From the NCBI GenBank assembly GCA_046539305.1, contig JBKHHE010000001.1, forward strand, positions 77,150 through 141,149: a stretch of 64,000 nucleotides of DNA, in the 5' to 3' direction. This document shows, in pieces, positions 27,662 to 35,389 of this stretch (positions are counted from its first letter, which is position 1; the number at the start of each line of letters is the position of its first letter). Source of the DNA: Candidatus Aenigmatarchaeota archaeon (GTDB lineage: Archaea; Aenigmatarchaeota; Aenigmatarchaeia; PWEA01). The notes under the pieces are model-generated. The model saw only the letters and a list, made by a program, of their open reading frames with translations. It did no database searches and was not told the DNA's origin. The translations under genes and the position numbers were made by a program.

Positions 27662-27774
27662 CTGTTTTGGTAGCTCTCTTTCTCAAATATTCAAGCTATA
27701 AATATTTTTATGAAGAAATGTTAACCGGGGTAAATGGGGTTGTAACTACCCAAAAGTCAAAAAAGATCCAAACC

Positions 27775-27788
27775 TTTAAATAGTAGGA
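27775..27788 (+). promoter_or_regulatory. promoter element TTTAAATAGTAGGA (copy 2)
   Basis: Identical to 26862-26875. It lies 26 nt upstream of ATG 27814, with a GGTGA Shine-Dalgarno-like element at 27806. Confidence 0.5.
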
Positions 27789-27813
27789 GTGGTAACTACT
27801 AATTGGTGATAAA

Positions 27814-28356
27814 ATGGCTGAAGCTGCCGAGATTGTAGGAAGGAAATTGTTGGCTGCCTTCCAAGAAGGAGCCGAGGAGTTACCGAAGGAGTACGACATA
27901 TTCGACTCGAAGAAGGGTTACGTCGACCCCCGAACGGGCAAGCCAGAAATTGATACAAATATAGACTACCTCTCAGCACCAAACGCCTGGAAAAATTATG
28001 CCGGGATTCCTGGAATGCTTTATCCTTTAATGCCCATTATAGGACTTGTGGAGGGTTATTACAAATCTTGGGGAGGAAAGGGGGACGGAAAGAAGGCTAC
28101 TCCGAATGACGGAGGTAAAGAAGCGGGAACGGAGGACAAGCTCCTTCTGGAAATAGATGCGATGAGACAGGGATACCAGAATATGATGGAAAAGCAGTTG
28201 GACTACATAGCCCTAAAAGACAGCAACGAGCGCCAGGAGAGGTTGACCGAACACAGGGAATTCATGGATAAAGTCGTAGGTAATTCGGAATACGACGCCG
28301 AAGACTTCTTTCCAGGGGACCTTGGGGGTTCCGTGGACAGAGAAAATCTGAGCTAA
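27814..28356 (+). CDS. hypothetical protein (first gene of orphan operon)
   Basis: 180 aa with one hydrophobic stretch (IPGMLYPLMPIIGLV). No family recognised. Confidence 0.5.
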   Translation: MAEAAEIVGRKLLAAFQEGAEELPKEYDIFDSKKGYVDPRTGKPEIDTNIDYLSAPNAWKNYAGIPGMLYPLMPIIGLVEGYYKSWGGKGDGKKATPNDGGKEAGTEDKLLLEIDAMRQGYQNMMEKQLDYIALKDSNERQERLTEHREFMDKVVGNSEYDAEDFFPGDLGGSVDRENLS

Positions 28357-28389
28357 GCGCAAAGGACTGTAAAAATGGAGGTGAAAAAT

Positions 28390-28926
28390 ATGACTGAAGA
28401 AATTCCATCCAATGAAAAGATCGAAGAGCTGGCCGAAAGCTTCCTCAAACACAAAGGTAAAGTGGACGAAAGAACTCATAGCGTCTACAGGGACGGAATG
28501 GGGAACATAGCGAAGAATACGCTGACCTTCTTGACTGACGGTGATGCTGAAAGCGTCCAGAAAATCCATGGCGCCAAATCTCCCGAGAACACCTACGCAC
28601 AGAAGATAAAGCTCGCTGACGTGGCCAACGAGAACAACTGGAGAAAGGATTTCAGCAATCTCGTCGAAGCTTTCTGCAAAAACACAGGTGCAGAGAAGAC
28701 CTACGGCGAGCGGGATCTTGAGAGAAAAGCAGGTAAGGAGGCTCAACTGATGCAGATGGCAGGCAACCGCCGACAGGCCAAGGAGATTGAGAAGGAAAAG
28801 GAAAAACTAGAGAAGAAGTACAGCGACCTCAAGAAAAGGTTCGAGGAGGTCACAGGAACTGAAGCTGCAGAAGCAGAAGGTGGAAGCGAGAGCTCTTACG
28901 TGGACAAGCTGAAGTTTTGGAAATGA
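28390..28926 (+). CDS. hypothetical protein with K/E-rich coiled-coil tail
   Basis: A strong GGAGGTGA at 28378-28385 favours ATG 28390 (MTEEIPSNEK) over the track start at 28375. Confidence 0.5.
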   Translation: MTEEIPSNEKIEELAESFLKHKGKVDERTHSVYRDGMGNIAKNTLTFLTDGDAESVQKIHGAKSPENTYAQKIKLADVANENNWRKDFSNLVEAFCKNTGAEKTYGERDLERKAGKEAQLMQMAGNRRQAKEIEKEKEKLEKKYSDLKKRFEEVTGTEAAEAEGGSESSYVDKLKFWK

Positions 28927-28998
28927 CCATCCTTGAAGTGACCTCCACCTTAATTCTTTTATATCATTAGGATTATAAGATTATGGTAGGTGCAATAG

Positions 28999-29430
28999 AT
29001 GCCCCCGATAGATCTTCACGAACTGATCTTCGAGATATTTTTCGAGTTGGAGAGGTGCCCTGCCGGCGTGGAGCCGGGTGATATAGGTTCCTGGGGATGC
29101 CTCACAGGCGAGATTTCTCACGACTTTATATTCTCGCTATTCCTCCCCCACATAATCCTGGCGGTTTTCATATACCTCCTCTACAGGGGGCTCGGACACA
29201 AAGGACTTGAAAGCCTTCTGGGTGTCGGAACTTATATTTTCATAGTTCAGATGGGATGGTATGGGTTCTTCGCCACCTATGCAATATACTGGATGCTTAT
29301 AACCATGGGGCTCGGATTTTTCTTCTTCATAGTAGGGAAAATTATCCCGCCCGCAAAGACGGGGGGCCTGTTTGCACTTGGGGCTAGAATAGGAAAGGCT
29401 CTCCAGGGCAAAGAGGAGGAAGAAGATTGA
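28999..29430 (+). CDS. polytopic membrane protein (distant member of tandem paralog array)
   Basis: 143 aa with 3-4 TM helices. FIFSLFLPHIILAVFIYLLY weakly resembles the LPWLLT-helix of the downstream paralogs. It has an acidic tail. Confidence 0.5.
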   Translation: MPPIDLHELIFEIFFELERCPAGVEPGDIGSWGCLTGEISHDFIFSLFLPHIILAVFIYLLYRGLGHKGLESLLGVGTYIFIVQMGWYGFFATYAIYWMLITMGLGFFFFIVGKIIPPAKTGGLFALGARIGKALQGKEEEED

Positions 29431-29470
29431 CAAGAGCTTTAGAAGCAGGAATGGAAACCAGGTGAAGTAA

Positions 29471-29986
29471 ATGGTCGAGGAGCTACTTGGTGAAGTTTTG
29501 ATAGAAGGCACGGCACAGCCTTTCTTGCCTTTTTTCTTCGTCCTTGCAGTTGTTTTCGGTCTCCTGGAGATAGTCGATGTCTTCAAGAAGAACTCCGTGA
29601 ATCTGATTATCTCCCTAGTATTTGCCTTCTTTGCTGCTGGATATACACCTTTCGTGGAATTTTTCTTCCAGTACTTCAGTTACATACTCTGGACCTTCGT
29701 GGTACTTTTCTTCATCGCGTTCTTTCGAGAAGCTCTGGGTTTCAAGAGGTCTAAAGTCAAGAGCGGTGAGGAAAACCTGCTTATAATGATCGCAGGTTTG
29801 TTCCTGCTGTTATTGGTTAGTGTGGGGACCCAGTATATCCCCGAGCTTGACCTCCCAATTGCCCGGGAAAACCTGGTGATTTTCATGGGAACAATTCTAC
29901 TGGTCTTTATGTTCTTCTATGCCTTCAAGTTCCACAAAACGGTAGGCAAGGAAGCCGAGAAAAGGATACAAGAAAGAGGAGGCTAA
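29471..29986 (+). CDS. polytopic membrane protein, paralog 2 of tandem array
   Basis: 171 aa. PFLPFFFVLAVVFGLLE aligns with the FAYLLPWLLTLAVVFGLLE helix of the next gene. Confidence 0.6.
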   Translation: MVEELLGEVLIEGTAQPFLPFFFVLAVVFGLLEIVDVFKKNSVNLIISLVFAFFAAGYTPFVEFFFQYFSYILWTFVVLFFIAFFREALGFKRSKVKSGEENLLIMIAGLFLLLLVSVGTQYIPELDLPIARENLVIFMGTILLVFMFFYAFKFHKTVGKEAEKRIQERGG

Positions 29987-30032
29987 AGCTTAAATATCTT
30001 ACAGATGAACTAAAACGTGGTGAAGCGACTAC

Positions 30033-30515
30033 ATGATAGAACAGATGATTACAAACCTGGAGCAGGCCGGTGTCTTTGCATATCTTCTTCCGTGGCTGCT
30101 GACCTTGGCCGTGGTCTTCGGGCTTCTGGAGCACTATGAAATACCTAAATCGGTGTCGGCAAGAGGTGTAATCTCCATAGTGATAGCGTTCCTCGTTCTT
30201 CCGGCAGGGAACGCAGTAGCACCGTTCTTGGAGGGTCTCGTAAAGGGATTTATAGTTATAGCCTCGGGAATTCTCGTGACGATAATCTTTGTGGAGATGC
30301 TGGGATTCAAGGCGGGCGACGTGGAAAACATCTTCGAGAAACATCCAAGAAGCTTCGGTGGCATAATGATAATCTTGGCCATTTTGGTCTTCATTGGAGC
30401 AGGCGGTCTTGAAATTCTTGACGTGAGTTTTGAGGTGAGCCAGGAACTAATAACTTTGCTGTTTTTCCTTGCCGTAATTTCTATCGGCGGATGGTTCATG
30501 ATTTCGGAGGAATAA
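30033..30515 (+). CDS. polytopic membrane protein, paralog 3 of tandem array
   Basis: 160 aa. The motifs are FAYLLPWLLTLAVVFGLL, SARGVISIVIAF and a C-terminal LFFLAVISIGGWFMISEE. Confidence 0.65.
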   Translation: MIEQMITNLEQAGVFAYLLPWLLTLAVVFGLLEHYEIPKSVSARGVISIVIAFLVLPAGNAVAPFLEGLVKGFIVIASGILVTIIFVEMLGFKAGDVENIFEKHPRSFGGIMIILAILVFIGAGGLEILDVSFEVSQELITLLFFLAVISIGGWFMISEE

Positions 30516-30552
30516 ATATTAAAAGGTAAGCGATGATAAAATAAGTGGGAAG

Positions 30553-31116
30553 ATGAGTCCGGCACAGTTTCCAGGCGGAGCAACCGCAGACCTGTTAGGA
30601 GGGGAGTTCTTCGAATATGCGCTGCCCTGGCTACTGACCTTTGCAATAGTTTACGGGTTTCTGCAACACTACAAGGTACCGGAGTCCAAGTCGGCAAGAG
30701 GTGTAATTTCGATAGTCCTTGCCTTTTTTGTAATGCCCGCTGCTGCGCCTGTCATGTCTTTCCTCAGGGAAGTCGGCGCAGGTCTGGTTGTCATCGTTAC
30801 AGGCATAATATTTTTCCTGGTCCTGCTGGAGTTGACTAGGACCAAAAAACATCCAGGAGTTCAGGAACACCCACAGACAGGAGAGGAAATCGTACCAGAG
30901 GGTGCAAAAGGCGCAGATAGACAAAGCATAGTAGAGGCCCATCCCAAAACCTTTGGCGCTCTCGTGGTTATAATCCTAGTGGTTATACTCTGGGGAGCAG
31001 GGGGGTTTGAGATAATGGGACTGGGAGAGATTATACCAATGGTCAGCTGGCCCACGCTCTTTTTCCTGGCCGTGCTTGCGCTGGCCATCTGGTGGATGAT
31101 ATCGGAGAGTGAATAA
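30553..31116 (+). CDS. polytopic membrane protein, paralog 4 of tandem array
   Basis: 187 aa. The motifs are FEYALPWLLTFAIVYGFL, SARGVISIVLAF and LFFLAVLALAIWWMISESE. It shares an identical 18-nt stretch with paralog 3 and an identical 20-nt stretch with paralog 5. Confidence 0.65.
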   Translation: MSPAQFPGGATADLLGGEFFEYALPWLLTFAIVYGFLQHYKVPESKSARGVISIVLAFFVMPAAAPVMSFLREVGAGLVVIVTGIIFFLVLLELTRTKKHPGVQEHPQTGEEIVPEGAKGADRQSIVEAHPKTFGALVVIILVVILWGAGGFEIMGLGEIIPMVSWPTLFFLAVLALAIWWMISESE

Positions 31117-31683
31117 ATGACAGCAATTGGAATGCAGATGTATGAAGTTCCCGGGGATCTTGAAGGGATTTTTGGAGAGATAGGTGTAGAATTCTTCGCA
31201 TACGTTCTCCCGTGGCTCCTCACCTTTGCAATAGTTTACGGTATCTTATCCCATATTGGAAAAGACGGCCTTCCTGAAAGCAATCCTGCACGGGCAATAA
31301 TAGGAATAGTTCTGGCCTTTATAATAGCTCCTGCACTTTCGCCTTTTGTGCCGGCTTTAATGCAGTACTCGGCCGGATTTGTGATTCTCATCGCAGGGTT
31401 CCTGGTGTTTATTGTTTTACTGGAGGTATTCGGTATTAAGGCCAAAAAGCCTATAGTAGGCGACGAGGGTCCCACTGGCGAAAGTGAAGAGCTCTCCATA
31501 TTTGAAGAATACCCCAAGTTCTTCGCTTTCGTGATCGGCGTCCTGGCCTTGCTCGTATTCTTCGGTTCCGGGGCCTCAGAGGCTGCAGGGATAAACATAC
31601 CTTCGGGGATATCACAGAACTATCCGCTCCTGTTCTTCTTAGGATTTATGGTTCTTGTGGTCTGGTGGATGATCTCGGAGTGA
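31117..31683 (+). CDS. polytopic membrane protein, paralog 5 of tandem array
   Basis: 188 aa. The motifs are FAYVLPWLLTFAIVYGIL and LLFFLGFMVLVVWWMISE. Its ATG directly abuts the previous stop codon. Confidence 0.65.
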   Translation: MTAIGMQMYEVPGDLEGIFGEIGVEFFAYVLPWLLTFAIVYGILSHIGKDGLPESNPARAIIGIVLAFIIAPALSPFVPALMQYSAGFVILIAGFLVFIVLLEVFGIKAKKPIVGDEGPTGESEELSIFEEYPKFFAFVIGVLALLVFFGSGASEAAGINIPSGISQNYPLLFFLGFMVLVVWWMISE

Positions 31684-31703
31684 GAAATGTATCAACTATA
31701 AAA

Positions 31704-32609
31704 TCATTCTTCCAAAGCACTGGGACCTTTCTTTTGTTCCTCCTCCTCATTCCCCGGCCCCTCTATGTAGTCCTCGGGAGAAGAAGGAATGTCAGTCGAT
31801 GGGAGAGAAGACGATGTAGACGAAGCTCCTGGGGAAGTATCTGTAATTCTTCCTGTGCCTTGTTTCAGCTCTTTGACCACGCTAGAAAGAGAGTGAACGT
31901 TTTCGGTGAGCGCGGGAAGGAAGTCCTTGAAGGCCTTTTCAACCGAGCCAATTCTTGATTCAACGCTTTTGACATGAGAAAACGTTTTGTCCGCCTTCTC
32001 TTCAAGTCTTTCCCTCTCCTTTTCGTGTTTCTCATCAAGCTCTTTTACCTTCTTTTTGAGACTTTCTACATCTTCCCTTAGTTCCTCCCTCTCCTCCTCA
32101 AAATTATTGAAACGGTTTTCCACCGCGGTCCATTTCTCATCAATTATCTCCTCGATGAGCACCTCAAGCTCAATTACATCGTCCTCCGTCATCTCCCATA
32201 CATTCTCGTCGGAGGCGGTGCTTTCCTCAAACTGCTCAAAGGGATCAGGGCCGCTCCCTTTGCCTCCTCCGGAGGGGGAAGGAGGTGGTGCGATAAACCT
32301 TTCTTCAGCAGATTCGTCCCCTTCTCGTCGCCTCCCGGTGGAGGTATCCCCGCTGCGCGGTGGTGGAGACGGGGCCGCTGAAGGAGCCTCTCCCCTGGAG
32401 CCGGAAACTCTGTGTTTCAAAACCTTGTTCAAGCTTCTGTTTATCTGAGTATTTGAATAGCCTCTGGACTTCAGCTCATCTATTATCTCCTGCTCGGAGT
32501 AACCCTGAGAAGCCATTCTCTGGACTTCTTCCGTGGGTGATTCGGAGCGATCCGGCATGCCCCTGCCAGTTTTTTCCTCTTCTTCATTTCCTCCAAAGCC
32601 CAGAACCAT
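31704..32609 (-). CDS. coiled-coil protein with N-terminal helix-hairpin motif and P/S/G-rich linker (pilus-locus associated)
   Basis: 301 aa. It consists of QGYSEQEIIDELKSRGYSNTQINRSL, a low-complexity linker, and a long heptad-like C-terminal region that is loosely FlaC-like. Confidence 0.5.
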   Translation of the reverse strand: MVLGFGGNEEEEKTGRGMPDRSESPTEEVQRMASQGYSEQEIIDELKSRGYSNTQINRSLNKVLKHRVSGSRGEAPSAAPSPPPRSGDTSTGRRREGDESAEERFIAPPPSPSGGGKGSGPDPFEQFEESTASDENVWEMTEDDVIELEVLIEEIIDEKWTAVENRFNNFEEEREELREDVESLKKKVKELDEKHEKERERLEEKADKTFSHVKSVESRIGSVEKAFKDFLPALTENVHSLSSVVKELKQGTGRITDTSPGASSTSSSLPSTDIPSSPEDYIEGPGNEEEEQKKGPSALEE

Positions 32610-32611
32610 GT

Positions 32612-33013
32612 CTACCTATTCTCCTTTTGTATTTCATCTTTAATAAGGCTTTTCGCCTCCGTTTCTGTAAGAAATTCACTCTCCATGGGCGAGAGGAGGT
32701 CAACAAAATTTTCCAACTCCTCGAATTCATCTTTCCTGGGCGTATCTTCAAGTCTGTCTCTCATCTTGGACAGCTTGTTCTCGATCTTCATAACCCTAGT
32801 GGATATATCGTCTATCTTCTTCCTCAAATCTTTTCTCTCTTCCCTGCCTTCTTCCTCGGTATCCAACAGCTTTTCCTGGAAGGACTCGAGACTCGTCCTC
32901 AGGGATCTGTTTTCCTCCTCCAAGTCTCTTACGCGCCGGGAATTCTCGTTCATGCGTCTTATGAGCTCCTGAACCACTTCCTTGAGGTTCGAAGAGGAGT
33001 CGCCAAAGGCCAT
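32612..33013 (-). CDS. coiled-coil protein (pilus-locus associated)
   Basis: 133 aa and almost entirely charged heptad repeats. It is divergent from the ATPase gene and lies 2 nt upstream of the 31704 gene. Confidence 0.5.
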   Translation of the reverse strand: MAFGDSSSNLKEVVQELIRRMNENSRRVRDLEEENRSLRTSLESFQEKLLDTEEEGREERKDLRKKIDDISTRVMKIENKLSKMRDRLEDTPRKDEFEELENFVDLLSPMESEFLTETEAKSLIKDEIQKENR

Positions 33014-33112
33014 GATATCAATTTATTTTATTAGAGCTCTACTTAATAAAGTTATAAGTGAAACAGAGGCAGTCGAAAGCTTTAGAAAGCATCACATACA
33101 AATGTAAAAGCG

Positions 33113-35377
33113 GTGACCCAAATGCCTTGCGACTACGAGTATGACGAAGACGAGAAGAGTATAAACGTGGACTGTTCCGGATGTATCTACGGAAGCAGCG
33201 TGGCAGACTATGAGGTCTGCATGGCCAAGACTATAGACAAGATCCTTGAGGTAAAAGGCGTAGAGTCCATAGTTTTCGGCAACAGCCGCGAGTACGAATA
33301 TCCCTACGGGCAGACCAAGCTTCTTGTGGAAATAGCCGGTGTCCTTGAAAAGGTTATGAAGGACGAAGGCCTCCGAAAAATAGAACAGCTGGAGGTGCCC
33401 GACTGTGAAGAATATTTCCAGGAGAAATACTCTGAGCTGCAGGACCTGGCCCTGGGCAACCTGAGAAAGGACCCGATAGGCGCCTATATGAGCCTCAAGA
33501 GAAAGATAAGGCACCTTAGAGTAGAACTCAAAGAATCTGACGTCCCCCATTTGGAATGTAAAAGAACATACCTTGACGAGGTCCTCCTACCCATAAAGGA
33601 GCTTCTGGAGGAAACGGAAATGATACAGAAGGTCCAAGACAAGCTCTCCGGTCACCGCCCCGGAGAAAGGGACATATATCGGGAACTGTTCCACCCCACA
33701 GTAAGGCCAAATTTCATGCGAACCAAGTATATGAGACAGACTCCGGAGGAGGGTGGGATAACGGACAACTACTCCGCGGGAAGCTCCGAGGTCAGAATAT
33801 ACAATATCCCCGGAGAAACAAGGCCGCTCTACCACATCACGCCACCGGAGTTCAGGCTGGAAGAGGGAGAATATACTATACTGGATGCTGCACAGAGGTA
33901 CCTGAGTGAGCACAGACCAGAGACAACGGAGTTCGCGGAGTCCGAGCGCTCAAGAGAGGTCTTCGCATCGATAGGAAGGGACCTAATAAGGGATCTTGCG
34001 GAGGAGAAGGGTATGTCGCTGGACTCGGACCAGGAGGATCGGCTCACCTCAATACTCAGCAGGTATACAGGCGGACTGGGAGTACTGGAAGCAATGCTAG
34101 AGGACAAGAGGGTGGAAGACATATACGTCAATTCGCCTATAGGACGGAAGCCCATATTCATAAACCACGAAGAGTATGGTGAATGCAGGACCAATATAAT
34201 TCCCACGCAAGACGACGCTGAGAGCTGGGCCACGAAGCTGAGGCTGTCAAGCGGACGTCCGTTGGACGAGGCCAACCCCGTCCTGGATACCTCCATCGAC
34301 GTAGCCGGGGGAAGCGCGAGAATAACCATCATAGCTCCGACCCTCTCCCCCGAAGGCCTTGGATTCGCCATCAGAAGGCACAGAGAAGACCCATGGACCT
34401 ATCCACTATACCTGCAGCCGGATGTGAAATACTTCAACCCGCTGTTTGCGGGGCTGATGAGCTTCGTGATAGACGGGGGAAGAACCTTTCTGATAGGTGG
34501 GGGCAGAGGTTCCGGCAAAACCTCGCTCCTTGGGGCCTCGATGCTGGAGATGAAGAAGGACTGGCGTATTATTGTCAACGAGGATACGCTGGAACTGCCC
34601 GTGGGAAGGTTGAGAAACCTGAACTACGATATAGAGAGGCTGAAATCACGGTCTGTTATAACGCAGGTTGAGACGGAACTACCTGCATCCGAGGCGATAA
34701 GGACCGCCCTGCGCCTAGGAGACTCTGCACTAATAATAGGTGAGGTCAGAAGCAAGGAGGCGCAGGCCCTATACGAAGCAATGAGGATAGGTGCAATGGC
34801 AAAAACGGTTGCAGGAACAATCCATGGGGAGTCCGCGTATGGCCTATTTGACCGGGTCGTAAACGACCTCGATGTTCCCAAAACTTCCTTCAAGGCAACG
34901 GACCTGATAGTCATATGCAATAGGATAAAGAGTGCTTCCGGTCTCAGCGAGGTCAGAAGGGTGACCAGCGTCACCGAGGTAAGAAAGCACTGGAATGAGG
35001 ATCCGCGGGCAGAGGATGGTTTCGTTCCTCTCATGGAGTATTCCGCGGAGGAGGACCAGTTAAAGCCAACGGACACCCTCCTCAACGGCGAATCACAGGT
35101 CCTAAACCACATTTCTTCCCAGGTCAAAGAATGGGCCGGGAGATGGGATCGTGTCTGGGAGAACATAGAACTCCGGGGGAAAGTGAAGAAGACGATAATG
35201 GATTATGCCCTTGAAACGGGTAACAAAAAGCTTATGGAGGCTCCTTTCGTCGTTAAAAGCAACAGCCAGTTCCGCCTTATCACGGACGATGTACAGGAAG
35301 AAATGGGCTACGTGGATCCCGACGAAACCTACGAGAGGTGGGAGGAATGGTTGAAGGAGGAAATAAAAAACACCTGA
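33113..35377 (+). CDS. type II/IV secretion-family ATPase (archaeal PilB/FlaI-like) with long N-terminal extension
   Basis: Walker A is GGGRGSGKTSLLGA. It also has IIVNEDTLELP, the Walker B region ALIIGEVRSKEA and the His box GTIHGES. The N-terminus has a Cys cluster (PCDYEY...DCSGC...C). An alternative ATG start is at 33122. Confidence 0.85.
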   Translation: MTQMPCDYEYDEDEKSINVDCSGCIYGSSVADYEVCMAKTIDKILEVKGVESIVFGNSREYEYPYGQTKLLVEIAGVLEKVMKDEGLRKIEQLEVPDCEEYFQEKYSELQDLALGNLRKDPIGAYMSLKRKIRHLRVELKESDVPHLECKRTYLDEVLLPIKELLEETEMIQKVQDKLSGHRPGERDIYRELFHPTVRPNFMRTKYMRQTPEEGGITDNYSAGSSEVRIYNIPGETRPLYHITPPEFRLEEGEYTILDAAQRYLSEHRPETTEFAESERSREVFASIGRDLIRDLAEEKGMSLDSDQEDRLTSILSRYTGGLGVLEAMLEDKRVEDIYVNSPIGRKPIFINHEEYGECRTNIIPTQDDAESWATKLRLSSGRPLDEANPVLDTSIDVAGGSARITIIAPTLSPEGLGFAIRRHREDPWTYPLYLQPDVKYFNPLFAGLMSFVIDGGRTFLIGGGRGSGKTSLLGASMLEMKKDWRIIVNEDTLELPVGRLRNLNYDIERLKSRSVITQVETELPASEAIRTALRLGDSALIIGEVRSKEAQALYEAMRIGAMAKTVAGTIHGESAYGLFDRVVNDLDVPKTSFKATDLIVICNRIKSASGLSEVRRVTSVTEVRKHWNEDPRAEDGFVPLMEYSAEEDQLKPTDTLLNGESQVLNHISSQVKEWAGRWDRVWENIELRGKVKKTIMDYALETGNKKLMEAPFVVKSNSQFRLITDDVQEEMGYVDPDETYERWEEWLKEEIKNT

Positions 35378-35389
35378 CCGGGAGATCGG

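Noticed and set aside
28375-28389. Track start codon ATG 28375 for the second orphan-operon gene.
   Set aside because: That ATG is part of ATGGAGGTGA, a strong Shine-Dalgarno-like GGAGGTGA positioned 4-5 nt before ATG 28390. The downstream start is therefore more plausible.
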